Assembly (NCBI RefSeq): GCF_006345805.1
Contig: NC_043002.1
Span: 19,592,001-19,656,000 of the forward strand
Direction: 5' to 3'
Origin: Octopus sinensis
Taxonomy: Eukaryota
DNA: 64,000 nucleotides
Both the position numbers and the translations under genes were made by a program. Each line of letters starts with the position of its first letter. The first letter of the stretch is position 1. The notes beneath the pieces were generated by a model. The model saw only the letters and a list, made by a program, of their open reading frames with translations, did no database searches and was not told the origin of the DNA. This document shows, one piece after another, positions 50,315-64,000 of this stretch.

Positions 50315-50353
<39 letters not shown>

Positions 50354-50576
50354 CATACACACATATATATATATATACATATATATACACAAACATATAT
50401 ATACACATATACACATACACATACATGCACACCTACACACACATACACATACACATACATACATATATATATATATATATACACATATATACACATATAC
50501 ACATACATATATACACACATACATACATATACATACACACACACATACATACATACACGGATACACATACCCATAC

Positions 50577-50608
<32 letters not shown>

Positions 50609-50828
50609 GTATACACATGCATATACTTATATCTCTACATACTCACATATAAACATATATATATATACACACACACATACATATATATACATGTACACAC
50701 ACATACACATATACATACATATATACACATACACACATACATATATATATATATATACACATACATATATATATACATACATATATACATACATATATAT
50801 ACATATACATATACCCCCACATATATAC

Positions 50829-50865
<37 letters not shown>

Positions 50866-51924
50866 TACATATACACATATACATGTATACATACGCAATA
50901 ATGATACACATATATATACACATACACACACACAGACAGATGCATATACATACATATATATATATATAAATTACATATCTATATAAATACATACATAATA
51001 CACATATACCTTTTCTCCTAAGACCTTTCACATATTGTATGTGCACGCTTGTATATGTGTATCGTATGTATGTATATATGTATAGAAATGCATGGGTACA
51101 GTAGGAATATACGCATGTATTATGTGTGTGTGGGTGTATGTATGCATGTAAAAAAATTATATATGTATAGTTTGCATATGTGAATATATATATATATATA
51201 TATATGTATGTGCTTGTATGTGTGTGGTGTGTGTATATATGTATATGTGTTTGTATGTATATGTGTATATACGTGTAAATGTATGTGTTTTTATGTGTAT
51301 GTATGTAAAAATATTATATATATTTAGGGCTTAGTAAAATAAAATAAATTACTTTGCCACATACTAAACTTTCTAGAAATAGCAGCCAATAAAGGTTTTT
51401 AGCCTCTTCCACTACTTAGAGAATTTTTTTCCCTCTAACATTGTTTACTCAAAATAATAAGGGTCCCTTTACATACTGAATTCTTGGTGAATTTGATTAA
51501 TAACTAATTAACTTCACCCTCCCCTGTTGATATATATATGATGTATATGTGTACATGTATGTATATATATGTGTGTGTGTGTATGTGTGTATGTATGTAT
51601 TTGTACATGTGTGTGTGTATATGTATGTGCGCGCGTGTGTGTGTATGTATGTGTATGTATATTTGTATATGTATGTGCATGTGTATGTATGTGTGTATAT
51701 ATATGTATATGTATGTATATATATGTATATATATATATATGTATATATATGTGTATGTATATGTATGTATATATGTGTGTGTATATGTGTATTATGTATG
51801 TATTTATATAGATATGTAATTTATATATATATATATGTATGTATATGCATCTGTCTGTGTGTGTGTATGTGTATATATATGTGTATCATTATTGCGTATG
51901 TATACATGTATATGTGTATATGTA

Positions 51925-51961
<37 letters not shown>

Positions 51962-52030
51962 GTATATATGTGGGGGTATATGTATATGTATATATATGTA
52001 TGTATATATGTATGTATATATATGTATGTG

Positions 52031-52061
<31 letters not shown>

Positions 52062-52183
52062 ATGTGTATATATGTATGTATATGTGTATGTGTGTGTACA
52101 TGTATATATATGTATGTGTGTGTGTATATATATATATGTTTATATGTGAGTATGTAGAGATATAAGTATATGCATGTGTATAC

Positions 52184-52219
<36 letters not shown>

Positions 52220-52444
52220 GTATGGGTATGTGTATCCGTGTATGTATGTATGTGTGTGTGTATGTATATGTATGTATGTGTGTATATATGTATGTGTATA
52301 TGTGTATATATGTGTATATATATATATATATGTATGTATGTGTATGTGTATGTGTGTGTAGGTGTGCATGTATGTGTATGTGTATATGTGTATATATATG
52401 TTTGTGTATATATATGTATATATATATATGTGTATGTATGTATG

Positions 52445-52475
<31 letters not shown>

Positions 52476-52755
52476 GAGTGTGCGTGTGTGTAGGTATGCA
52501 TATATGTATGTATGCATGTATATGTGTATGTATATATGTGTGTAAGTGTGTGCATATATGTATATGTAAGTATGTGTTGTGCGTGTATGAGTATGTATGT
52601 ATGCTTGCACACGTGTATATGTGTGTGTGTGTGTGTATATATGGATGCATGTGCGTGTGTGCACGTGTATGGGTACGCATGTATATGTGTATGTGCGTGT
52701 ATGCGTATACGTGTATGTATGTATGTGTGGGCGTATATTTGTATATGTAATGTGA

Positions 52756-52813
<58 letters not shown>

Positions 52814-53033
52814 GATGGGGGTGTATGTATGCGTATAAATGCATGTAAGTATGGATGTATGGATGTATGTATGTATGTTTACGTATGTATGTGTTTGTGT
52901 GTATATGTATGTAGTGTGTGTATGTATGTGTGTTATATATGTATATATATATTGTGGTATATATGTTTGTGTATGTATATATATGTGTATGTATGTGTGT
53001 GTATATATATGTGTGTGTGTGTATGTATGTATA

Positions 53034-53102
<69 letters not shown>

Positions 53103-53179
53103 ATATGTATATATATATGGGTATGTATCTGTATGTAGGAGTATATATATGTGTGTGTGTGTGTGTATGTGTATATGTG

Positions 53180-53212
<33 letters not shown>

Positions 53213-53539
53213 GTATATTTATTGGTGTATATATATAGACTAGCCTCCTAAGTGTAGACATGAATCTGTAGGTATGAGTACGTATGTGTATATACGTGAA
53301 CGTATGTAGATGTTTGTATGTATGAATATAACGCGTGCGTACGTGTATGTGTATGAGTGTACGAATGGGTGTATGTACGTGCTAATGAGTGTGCGTGCGG
53401 GAACGAGTACTTGCCTTCTAGTAGACAGACAATTGGACATGCTGCCATCGCCAGGATCCTTAGCCCTAGCGATCAAAGATAACAAAAGTAATAAATGAAG
53501 ATAATAAAATTAAAATTAGGGAATGGGCCTGTATTTGAT

Positions 53540-53602
<63 letters not shown>

Positions 53603-54063
53603 GTGTATGTGTAGGTATGTATAGGCACACATGTGTACGTATGTGTGTGTGTATGTATATGTGTTTATGTATGTATGTGCACACATTTTATTTTTTATTT
53701 TTTTATTTTTTTATTTTTTATTTTTTTATTTTATTTTATTTTTTTTTTATTTTATTTTTTTTTATATTTTATTTTTTTTTTTTTTATTTTTATTATTTTT
53801 TTTTTTTATTTATTATTTTTTATTTTTTATTTTATTTTTTTTTTTATCTATTCTTTCATCTAACTTACCACTGACTCCTTGACCACTCCCCCAAGTATGA
53901 TATTTTGTGCTATGCCTACCCCCAAAAAGTCCCCCACCACCACTCCTTTAAACCTGCCTAAATGTATAAATGCTAATACAATTCTTGTTAAATAGCTTCC
54001 TGAAGATTTCTCTTGAATGAAACAGTACTAGTCCTGTAGAAGCTCCTTCTATATAATAAATTA
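48735..54063. repeat. Large inverted duplication (arms about 48735-51009 and 51781-54063, ~770-bp spacer)
   Basis: Unique segments (e.g. 48741-48950 vs 53835-54050, 49240-49540 vs 53240-53530) and the intervening microsatellite patterns are mirror images with only small indels. Confidence 0.92.
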
Positions 54064-54518
54064 ATTTTACTCTGCTATGTATTGAGTACCTTACTTACTG
54101 TGGTTAACCCCGGATCAACCCGGGACCTACATATATATTTATATATATATATACATACATACATACATACATACATACATACATACATACATACATACAT
54201 GTTTGTATGAGTTAGAGGTTAAGCAACCATCTAAGGGATAGTAAATATTCAGTATACTACTGGATGTATACCTACGTATTTATATCCAAGTGCTTACTAA
54301 TGCAGGGGCAATATCGCAGTTGAATATTAGGTGTACGTGGGGGTTAAACAGAAATTTACCCAGGATTTATAAGGCAAATAAGAAAATGGAGAGGATAAAC
54401 AATCAATAAACATCAGCCTGTAAACATTCAATTATATTTATTTATTAATTGATTGCAGTCATATGTATAAGTGATCCAAGTAAACGAATGAAATAATCAA
54501 ATAAATAAGTAAATGAAT

Positions 54519-54613
54519 TCTTCTTCTTCTTCTTCTTCTTCTTCTTCTTCTTCTTCTTCTTCTTCTTCTTTCTTCTCTTCTTCTCTTCTTCTTCTTCTTT
54601 CTTCTTCTTCTTC

Positions 54614-54682
<69 letters not shown>
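54519..54682. repeat. (CTT)n-(ATT)n trinucleotide microsatellite
   Basis: Seen directly. Confidence 0.95.
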
Positions 54683-54970
54683 TCAGTAGTTTTATTTTTT
54701 ATAGCGTGCTTTCACTTCACTACCGAGCGCAGCTCTGTGTGCCTTGGGTATGTGCTGTGACTTGTTGTGATGCTCCGATGGTTATTGTATGGAAAGTGTT
54801 CCGCGTAGGATGTGTGCAGTGCCTAGTAGTGCAATTTTCTGTATGTTATATGTGTTTGTAAGTCCTGGTGTTTTTGTTATGTATTTGTCTGAATATTTTT
54901 TTATCATGCCTAATGCACCTACTATGATAGGAATTGTTTCTGTTTTCAGGTTCCACATTCTAGTTACCTC
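54683..54970 (-). mobile_element. R4/Dong-like (RLE) non-LTR retrotransposon 3' fragment, copy 1
   Basis: EVTRMWNLKTETIPIIVGALG...IQKIALLGTAHILRGTLSIQ* plus 3' UTR. Both ends abut (TAA)n. Confidence 0.75.
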
Positions 54971-55005
54971 ATTATTATTATTATTAATATTATTATTATT
55001 ATTAA

Positions 55006-55054
<49 letters not shown>

Positions 55055-55061
55055 TACTTTT

Positions 55062-55215
55062 ATTTTTTATAGCGTGCTTTCACTTCACTACCGAGCGCAG
55101 CTCTGTGTGCCTTGGGTATGTACTGTGATTTGTTGTGATGCTCTGATGGTTATTGTATGGAAAGTGTTCTGCGTAGGATGTGTGCAGTGCCTAGTAGTGC
55201 AATTTTCTGTATGTT
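55062..55215 (-). mobile_element. R4/Dong-like 3' fragment, copy 2 (shorter 5' truncation)
   Basis: IQKIALLGTAHILRRTLSIQ* with a near-identical 3' UTR, embedded in (TAA)n. Confidence 0.75.
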
Positions 55216-55241
55216 ATTATTATTATTATTATTATTATTAA

Positions 55242-55329
<88 letters not shown>

Positions 55330-55335
<6 letters not shown>

Positions 55336-55585
55336 CCTTTCTGTCCCTTGTGGAGCATAGGACCTCAACAGTTGTTTTCCGCTTTTTGCTGTCATTGGCG
55401 TGTTTCTTGGCTGCTTCCCATGTCAGGCTGGTGGTCCTGAGCTCGTCCAAAATGCTCCACTTCCATGTCTGCTTCGGACGTCCTCGCTTCATTTTTCCCC
55501 CTGCGGGTTCCAGTCAAGTGCTTGTCGTGTCACATTTGAGGGTTCTTTCCGCAGTGTGTGTCCGATCCAGCTCCATTTCCTATTT
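55330..55585 (-). mobile_element. RTE-like LINE extreme 3' fragment
   Basis: [34 protein letters not shown]...VEVLCSTRDRKD* followed by a (TAA)n tail. Confidence 0.6.
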
Positions 55586-56090
55586 ATATATTTATTAACT
55601 TATTACGAAGGAAGTAAATAAATAGATAAATTTAAAAAAAACGAATAAGAATAAATGATTGTACAAATACTAAACTCTTACAGCCATGGGCTTGCCCAAT
55701 CTTCTAAGTTTTCCACATCACGCCAGTGATATAGAGGGACATCACAAAGGTTGACCAAACATTGGACAATGGTTGAGCCCCAAGGCTTCGTCAGAGAGAC
55801 CAAATGTTAGGAAACTAACATGTAGGGGAAGTAAGTTAAAATAATAAAGTAAAATAAAATAAACAAAAATAACAATAATAATGAGTTTTATTTTTGTGTG
55901 GAGAGAAAGGAGGAGGGGGAGGGAGGAGTGAGAGAGAGAGTGAGACAAAGAGAGAAGGAGGGAGAAGTGAGAAAGCATGAGTGAGACAAAGAGAGAGAGA
56001 GTGAGTGAATGGGTGTGAGGTTTACCCAAACTTTGAATGCTGATGAGAGAGAGAGAAAGAATGGTGTAACAATATAGAATTATATATATA

Positions 56091-56480
56091 CTAGCAGTAT
56101 CGCTCGGCGTTGCTCGGGTTTGTAAGGGAAATAACTATATAAGCATTTTTAGAGATGTAAAGTATAAGAGCCATCTCAATATGGCTAACCACAAAGGGGG
56201 GTGTTACTGTAGCTTTTTATGTTCTGAGATTTAATAAATTTTTAGAGAATCACTTCCCTTATATATGCCAAAAATGCATTAAAATGGGAAAAATTGATGG
56301 TAAATTTTTTTTAAATCGTAGATTCATCGTAGATGCGTGCTAATACCCAGAAGGGCTCGATATGAATGACGACTATAAAATACCCGGTTTTGGTTAAACT
56401 GCACCGCAAAATGTGGGAGTAGTTAGGAATCTAAATTGTAGGAGACAGACAGCACAGAACCTCTCTTTTATATATAAAGA
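56091..56480 (-). mobile_element. Non-autonomous Helitron
   Basis: 5' A|TCTTTATATATAAAAG and 3' CCCGAGCAACGCCGAG hairpin then CTAG|T. Inserted in an AT dinucleotide. Confidence 0.75.
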
Positions 56481-57249
56481 TTATATATCATCATTCAAAA
56501 TTTGGGTAAACCTCGTCACCCACTCACTCTCTCTCTTTCTTTCTTTCTCTCTCTCTCTCTCTTTGTCTCACTCACTCTCTGTCTTCCCCTCTCTCTCTCT
56601 CCACACAAAAATGAAACTCATTTCGGTGCCAAAAACTGGAAATTTATTTTGCAATCTGGGATTATTATATCCAGTGATTTTAAGAGTTAGGAAAAAGATA
56701 TTCTTGTTCTAATATTGGCAAATGAATGCCCCTTAATATTATACTTTTAGGTACTAGTCGCGTAGACTGGACCCGGTTTGCGCACACGCGCAGACGAACT
56801 AGCCAGTCGTAGGTAGTCGATCCTACAGCGACTTGCGTATGCAAATGAGCTGATTGGCGCAACACTGCAAAAACTAAGTTAATAGCGAGCCCCTACTGAA
56901 GCTTAGGAAATATTTTTCAACGATATACGGTGTATATTATTTTAAAGACAATTGCGTTTTTTTTTCCGTTACAAAACAATTAGAAGCATTGAAAAACATT
57001 TTTTTTTTCAAAGTAGACCACTACAGGCGACAATTCACTTGTGTTTACTTTGAATAGCTACGGCAAACTGCAGCATGAAAATTCAAAAAAATTTTTTTTT
57101 TAATTGGCTAAACCCCTCCCCAACAAGGTAACTGATTTTACAGGAAAATCGGTTACTGGTGACAAGCCAACAACGTGGGGTCAGAATTTAGTTGCCTTGT
57201 ATGAAATGGTTCACTGCGTTAACTTATGAGGCTCCTGGCAACGACCAAG

Positions 57250-57976
57250 TCTCTTCAATGTAAAGAGGAACCAACACCACCGGAGAAAGCAACAATAAAA
57301 GAAATTAGAACTTTAGTTAATGAATACCAGGACTCCTTTACAGATAAGGAGAAAGACTATCTATGCAACTCACGAACCAAAGAAAGCAATTTTTTATGGA
57401 TTACCTAAAATTCATAAAAGCTCTGAAATACAGAGAGCCATAAAGGAACAGAGGAACCACTATATAAGAATACAAAGGCCTGCAGACCTCCCAATGAGAC
57501 CAATAGTGGCAGGACCCCATGCACCAACACAACAACTAAGCCACTTCGTAGATATACTCCTCAAACCTTTATGCCCACAGATACCAAGCTACATAAGGGA
57601 TGACATAGACTTCCTCACACACATTCCAAATACAGTCCCGAAAAACACCATACTTGCAAGCTTTGATGTCACAAATCTAAACACAAACATACCACACACC
57701 CTAGGTCTAGAAGCTATAAAACAATCAATAGAAAAATACAGAGAACTTATAGACGAACGCTTCAAGACAAACTTTATCACCCAAGCCATCCAACTAATAC
57801 TCGAAGAAAATACATTCTCATTCAACAACAAGACATACCGACAGATAAAAGGCACGGCTATGGGTACAAAATTCGCACCTTCATATGCCAACCTGGTGAT
57901 GGGTTTCCTGGAGAACAAACTATATGATGAAATAGGGAAAGTCTTCGAACACGACTTCAGAGAAGACATCAAGAAA
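57250..57976 (+). mobile_element. Penelope-like element reverse transcriptase fragment
   Basis: FYGLPKIHK, PMRPIVAG, ASFDVTNLNTNIP and YRQIKGTAMGTKFAPSYANL. Truncated before the YxDD motif and followed by a SINE. Confidence 0.9.
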
Positions 57977-59685
57977 AAGGCTACATTATATTTAAGAGTA
58001 TATTTAGGCGGCGAGCTGGCAGAAATGTTAGCACGCCGGGCGAAATCCGTAGCCATATTTCCTCTGCCGCTACGTTCTGAGTTCAAATTCTGCCGAGGTC
58101 GACTTTGCCTTTCATTCTTCGGGGTCGATAAATTAAGTACCAGTTACGCACTGGGGTCGATGTAATCGACTTAATCCGCTTGTCTGTCCTTGTTTGTCCC
58201 CTCTGTGTTTAGCCCCTTGTGGGTAGTAAAGAAATATATATTTAGGAGTAAATCGTTCTTGCAGTTGAAGTTTGAAACATATTCAGCGTGGCAGGTCTTC
58301 TTTTTCAAAGAAATTTTTCTTCAACATTGACCCAATTATGGCTGAGGTTGCTGATAAAATATCTGGATAATTTTTGGTGTTTAGCAATCAATATTCTTTT
58401 CTCTGTTGGATTCCAAGTCAATTTTTCTCTGTTGGATTCCAAGTCAATTTTTTCACACACTAATGTCTAATTTGATAATTTTCAAGTTTCAAAACATGAT
58501 GTCTAAAATGGGATAAAATGAATAGCGTTTAATTTCAATAATTTTTTTCTCTTGGTGAGTATATGTATCACGAAGAGGACACTTCAGCAGATTGTGAAGA
58601 AGCTATAGATAATATTTAATGTTTGATTTTTTTTTATTTTTAAATTTAATCATGTTCCATTAATTTCACGTGCCATTTCCCCTGATCCTCTTTCTTTTGA
58701 CCTAGATATTTATTTATTTATCTATTTTTGGTATTTCCGATCTTTCCTATGTCTAGGGAATGTATATTGATGCATATGAGTCTGTTTTCTGAAGAACTGA
58801 AGCGGCAAATTTATCATATCTTAGCTTACTCATTTTGCCCCCACCAAATTCGGCTTTTACATGCACAAACAGAATGGTGATAATTTTCAGAAATAATGAT
58901 CAGATTATGTTATAATGCTTTTATTTTATATTACTTTTTTTTTATATCAAAATAAATTCTGTTTGTTACAATTTCCAATAATTCAGTGAAAAGGAATATT
59001 TTGCAAAAGGAAAAGAAAATGTTTTAAAAGTTCAATGCAACATCATGTGGATCAATTGGTCGTACACCACAAGGTTCAACGGAACCTACTGAAGCAAGCC
59101 AGCTTGCTCGTGGAATTGGAACAGCCAAGCACCCTCACAGGTATCACCTGACACCTCAGTGAGTGGAGCTGCCTATGATGACAAAAACTTCGCAGTCAGC
59201 AGCCCAGACCTTCCAAACGTCTCAAACACCACAAGCTGGAAAAAATAGTTCATTGACAGGTCTTTAGGATTTTGTTCAGTTTAGGATTTTGTATTTTTTA
59301 AAATATATAACCACTGGGCCATTGCGCCTCCACACACACACAAATTATATATACATATATAGATGTCGAAAGACACCTGTTGTTATGTCCTGTTATTATT
59401 TATTTTATTGTATTTGTGTAACATTCTCTGTTTTTTTTTTCCATCCTTGTTTTCATATACATTCGCTGCTTTCTTCCAAGGAATCTAGTGCTCTTAGTTA
59501 GTTTTTTCCTTGGGGCTGGCCAGATTGGAGCAATCTTGAGTATAACCAGTCGAAATTACAAAGGTAATCGGAAACTTGACTGAGGAAAGAAAACTTTGAA
59601 TGACCCGTCCGTGTTTTTTCTTGTCCCTTTTTTGTATCATCTAGCTGTCTGGATGCTTTGCGTTCTTGTCCCATTTTTTGTATTC

Positions 59686-59724
<39 letters not shown>

Positions 59725-60029
59725 TATATATATATATATATATTTATGCGCCCTATTCAAGCCTAGCCAGGTTCATGGGCCCGGTTTCTGTGGCATATGG
59801 ACGGGACGCCAGTCCATCGCAGCGTTACTCAAGAAACAGGAAGACAGAGTGAGAGAAAGTTGGAGCAAAAGAGTACAACAGGGGTCACCACCACCCCCTG
59901 CCGGAGCATCGTGGAGCTTTAGGTGTTTTCGCTCAATAAAGACACAAAACGCCTGGTTTGGGAATCGAAACCGCGATCCTCCGACCGCGAGTCCGCTGCC
60001 CTAACCACTGGGCCATTGCGCCTACACAC

Positions 60030-60321
<292 letters not shown>

Positions 60322-60410
60322 CATTTTATAATTCGCCTTAAATGGTCCCTTTACATACTGAATACTTGGGGAAATTGATTAATAATTAATTAATTTTACC
60401 CTCAATGTTG

Positions 60411-60448
<38 letters not shown>

Positions 60449-60695
60449 CATCATCATCATCATCATCGTTTAACGTCCGCTTTCCATGCTAGCATGGGTT
60501 GGACGGTTCAACTGGGGTCTGGCAAGCCTGAAGGCTGCACCATGCCAGTCAGATCTGGCAGTGTTTCTACAGCTGGATGCCCTTCCTAACGCCAACCACT
60601 CCGAGAGTGTAGTGGGTGATTTTATGTGCCACCGACATATATATATATATACACACATATATATATACACACATACATACATACATACATACATA

Positions 60696-61024
60696 GGATC
60701 TTTTCACTTTGACCGGCAGATTTTTAAAATAATTTCTTTGTAACTCATAAATAACAGTGACAAATTCATATGACACCGCAAATAATTATTGTTGACACAC
60801 TACGGCAGAAAGTGTATTCACCTCAATAGACGTCATTGATTGGTTGAAATTGCCGAAATGCAAGAAATTAAACAACAAATAGCTTACAAACTACAGAATT
60901 TTCTCAAGAAAGTAAAGACAAAAAGATGTTTTATTTTGACACATTCTACCAGTATACGAAGTTTAAAAGTGTTTAGTTACAAAGAAATTATTTTAAAAAT
61001 CTGCCTGTCAAAGCGAAAAGATCC
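60696..61024. mobile_element. MITE with GGATCTTTTC termini
   Basis: About 50-bp imperfect TIRs (GGATCTTTTCACTTTGACCGGCAGATTTTTAAAATAATTTCTTTGTAACT). Same family as 63007-63830. Confidence 0.75.
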
Positions 61025-61167
61025 CAGTTTGGCAATGAACCTGATAGAATGAATACCAGATTAATTAAAAATAAAAACTGGAGTTGATTTGTTTAACAAA
61101 ACCCGTCCAATAACTGAAGCAAATAAAGGGTAAAAGATTATTCTTTTTCATTTATTTTATTAAGTTA

Positions 61168-62558
61168 CTAGCATTATGACCCGTCGTTGCCGGGTCATAG
61201 TGCTAGTGCATGTATATATGTGTACATATTACATGTACATCTATATATATATATCTACACATGAAATACAAAATACAAAGTTATATCTTGATATCGCTAG
61301 TGATAACAATACTCAAAATATATAACAGACTGGAATTGTAGGCCCGTCTCTTGCAATTTCGATCAATTGTATCTTGTCCTCCCTCTTGAATAGAAGTGTG
61401 GTTACAATCCAGCCTACCTCTACTTCTGGGGGGACATTTTTATCCGGGACGTCCTACGTCCCAGATATAAATGTAAAAATAAAATATTACCACTTTGCAA
61501 GGTTCGAGTCGAGTACTCCCTTGCACGCTCCGTTGACTCGTACCTTGCTTCTATTGTGGCGAATTTACCGCCTCTAGTTAGATATCTTTCATAGTCGCAC
61601 CAAGACACTTTTCGATGGTGCTTTCCTCCATGTGTTCAAATCTTTTTTTCTCTCTACATTGTATACTTTATAAAGTCTTTTCTTTAATTTAATTTATTAT
61701 TTCGTTTGGTGGTGTTATCCTAGATTCACCGTCTTTGTCGGTGATCAATCTGTATTTCTTCCATTTTAATTTCAATGAGTTCGCGCCCACCGACGGCTGC
61801 AGCAAAATTCATTTTTGGACTTTCTTCTATCGAAGGCATTCTAACAAAAATGCTTCCGTGTAAACGGTGAAAATATTGTCAATTTCCCCAAACAGGGACA
61901 CAATTCAATTTTTAAACAATAACCAAAGCTCCTTCTCCCAAAGGGGGAGGGTTACAGTTTACAATTATTTAACAAATGCAACACAACAATGTTTCCTTTA
62001 CGAGGAACCAACAAACGTGATAACAATAGTTAAACAGTAATAACAATAACAACAAACCTTACGATGAATCAGAAAGCAGTAAGCAGTTGAAGCTTTAGTC
62101 CTTTATGTATTAGAAATAAACCAACAGCAGTACTCTGTGGAAGCGGCTGTTCGAGAAAACAGATATTACATACAGCCAAACTTCATATAGATACTTAATG
62201 CTAGCTAATTAGCAGATAATCTAATGTAAAAGCACAGCTCCATCTGGACTATTCCATTTCTGCACGCTAATTTTATTTTTAATTTATTCCCATTCATGTG
62301 AAACCACTTATTCAAGTTCAAGTCATTGATGCAATTTTATACCAATTGCTATTTTTACTTTTGTTATGTTACGATTATATTATACTTTAGTTTGATTTTA
62401 ATTATTACTTACTACATATAATTCAATTTTGCCCAAGACACTCCCCGGACCCTAAGTAAGGCATGTGTAAAATTTGAATGAAATTGGTTGTGTAGTTCTA
62501 AAGTTTTAGGGAAACACACAGACAGACAGACACACATTCTCAGTTTTATATATATAGA
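61168..62558 (-). mobile_element. Non-autonomous Helitron (~1.4 kb)
   Basis: 5' A|TCTATATATATAAAACTGAGAATGTGTGTCTGTC, and a 3' palindrome ACTAGCATTATGACCCG-TCGTTGC-CGGGTCATAGTGCTAGT ending CTAG|T. The pairing of these two ends is inferred. Confidence 0.6.
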
Positions 62559-63006
62559 TTATGCTTCAAGTCAGTTCTCATCAGCAGGGCTATGATAAAA
62601 GAGGTTCCTGACGAGCCCATCCTATCCCTTTTTTTTCTATAGATATAATGTAATTAGGATTACTCTTAGATTTTAGAACTAGCATTTTTACTTAGGATTA
62701 CGTTATCAAATAAATCCTTTCCTTGGTACTACTAGCGAATACTGGTCCCGGTGCGCGCACACGCGCAGTCACGCGTCCGCGCTAGCTAATCGTAAGTAGT
62801 TGATTCTACAACGACTTGCGCGTATGCAAATGAGTTGATTTGCGCATGCGCAATACATACTTGTATCACACGTGCACGATAAATGTTTGCGAACAAAATA
62901 AAATAATTTTTTACAGAATAAAATAAAAGAATTTTTTAAAGAAAGTAAATAAATTATTTCTTAAAACAATGTATATGATTTTTTTACACAAATCAAATAA
63001 AAAGCG

Positions 63007-63830
63007 GATCTTTTCCTTTTGAACGGCAGTTTTCAACACAATTTCTAGTTAACTAAACACTTTTAAACTTCGTATACTGGTAGAATGTGTCAAAATAAAA
63101 CATTTTTTTTCTCTTGGCTTTCTTGAGAAAATTGTAATTTGTAAGTTTAACGTAGTTTAATTTTTCGAATTTTAACCAATCCTATGCTCTCTTTTGAACT
63201 AAAATCATTTGCTGCGTCTAAAACTGAGACAACATCCTGTCACTAACCCTAACCCTAAATTTTAGCCTTTCGTTTTTTTTCTTAATTGTTAAATTAATTT
63301 AATTGTTACGCGTGTGTCTAAAATTATTCGTTTTGTTTTTGCTTTCGTTTCTTTTTCTTAATTGTTAAATTAAAATTATTTTCCATTTCTTTCGGTTTTT
63401 TTTTCTTAATTGTTATCCTTAAATTAATTTAACAATTAAGAAAAAAAAAAACGAAAGGCTAAAACGAAAGTAAAAACTCAAAACAAAAACAAAACGAATA
63501 ATTTTAGACACACGGGTAACAATTAAATTAATTTAACAATAAAAAAAAAAAATGAAAGGCTAAAATTTAGGGTTAGGGTTAGAGTTAGGGTTAGTGACAG
63601 GATGTTGTCTCAGTTTTAGACGCAGCAAATGATTTTAGCTCAATAGAGGTCATTGATTGGTTAAAATTCGAAAAATTAAACTACGTTAAACTTACAAATT
63701 ACAATTTTCTCAAAAAAGCCAAGAGAAAAATGTTTTATTTTGACATTCTACCAGTATACGAAGTTTAAAAGTGTTTAGTTAACTAGAAATTGTGTTGAAA
63801 ACTGCAGATCAGTTCAAAAGGAAAAGATCC
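63007..63830. mobile_element. Foldback element with ~350-bp arms containing telomeric hexamers
   Basis: Arms are reverse complements from GGATCTTTTCCTTTTGAAC inward. CTAACCCTAACCCTAA lies at about 63242-63258 and TTAGGGTTAGGGTTAGAGTTAGGGTTAG at about 63567-63594. Confidence 0.85.
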
Positions 63831-64000
63831 CCCTTTCCTATTTATCAAGACAGCAGAGTATTATCTCAGATAGATTTGACTGCTATTTCTAGCAGATTGA
63901 GTGACTATATGGAGGCTTCGATATTCCCTTTTATTTAATTATTTGTGTTTCGTTTAACCAACGGTTTCCAAACTCAGCTGTTCTTGGAGTGGATGAATAG

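Noticed and set aside
45400-53900. Dozens of long H/T/Y/I- or V/C/M-rich ORFs (up to 557 aa)
   Set aside because: Translations of (CA)/(TA)/(GT) microsatellites with no domain content.
55765-55800. Third hammerhead-like motif CTGACGA-AGCC-TTGG-GGCT (minus strand)
   Set aside because: Lacks the essential GAAA after helix II (CAAC instead). At most a decayed remnant.
59025-59160. Possible plus-strand exon FNATSCGSIGRTPQGSTEPTEASQLARGIGTAKHPH
   Set aside because: Weak acceptor, no homology recognised and no partner exons found.

Overview
AT-rich, microsatellite- and retroposon-dense eukaryotic DNA. The repeat families and the tRNA-SINE/RTE landscape suggest an octopus or other coleoid cephalopod (inference). 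The only protein-coding gene I can support is a complete selenoprotein N gene (SELENON/SEPN1) on the minus strand. It has 8 coding exons (40225-39692, 28756-28646, 27186-26825, 20234-20083, 19040-18802, 17497-17288, 16047-15884, 12952-12862), all GT-AG and phase-compatible, giving 1863 nt / 620 aa. The apparent stop at 17393-17395 is an in-frame UGA in the motif SCUG, read as selenocysteine 501. A Sec redefinition element (SRE) hairpin starts 6 nt downstream (17348-17386), and a type II SECIS lies about 200 nt into the 3' UTR (core 12619-12664). This recoding system is invisible in the ORF track. The rest is mobile and repetitive DNA: RTE, CR1, R4/Dong and Penelope-like retroelements (with hammerhead-like motifs), tRNA-derived SINEs, mariner/Tigger/hAT/piggyBac-like MITEs, Helitrons, a 36-bp minisatellite, a 5.3-kb inverted duplication and a foldback element carrying TTAGGG repeats. 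Nearly all other listed ORFs are microsatellite or repeat artefacts.
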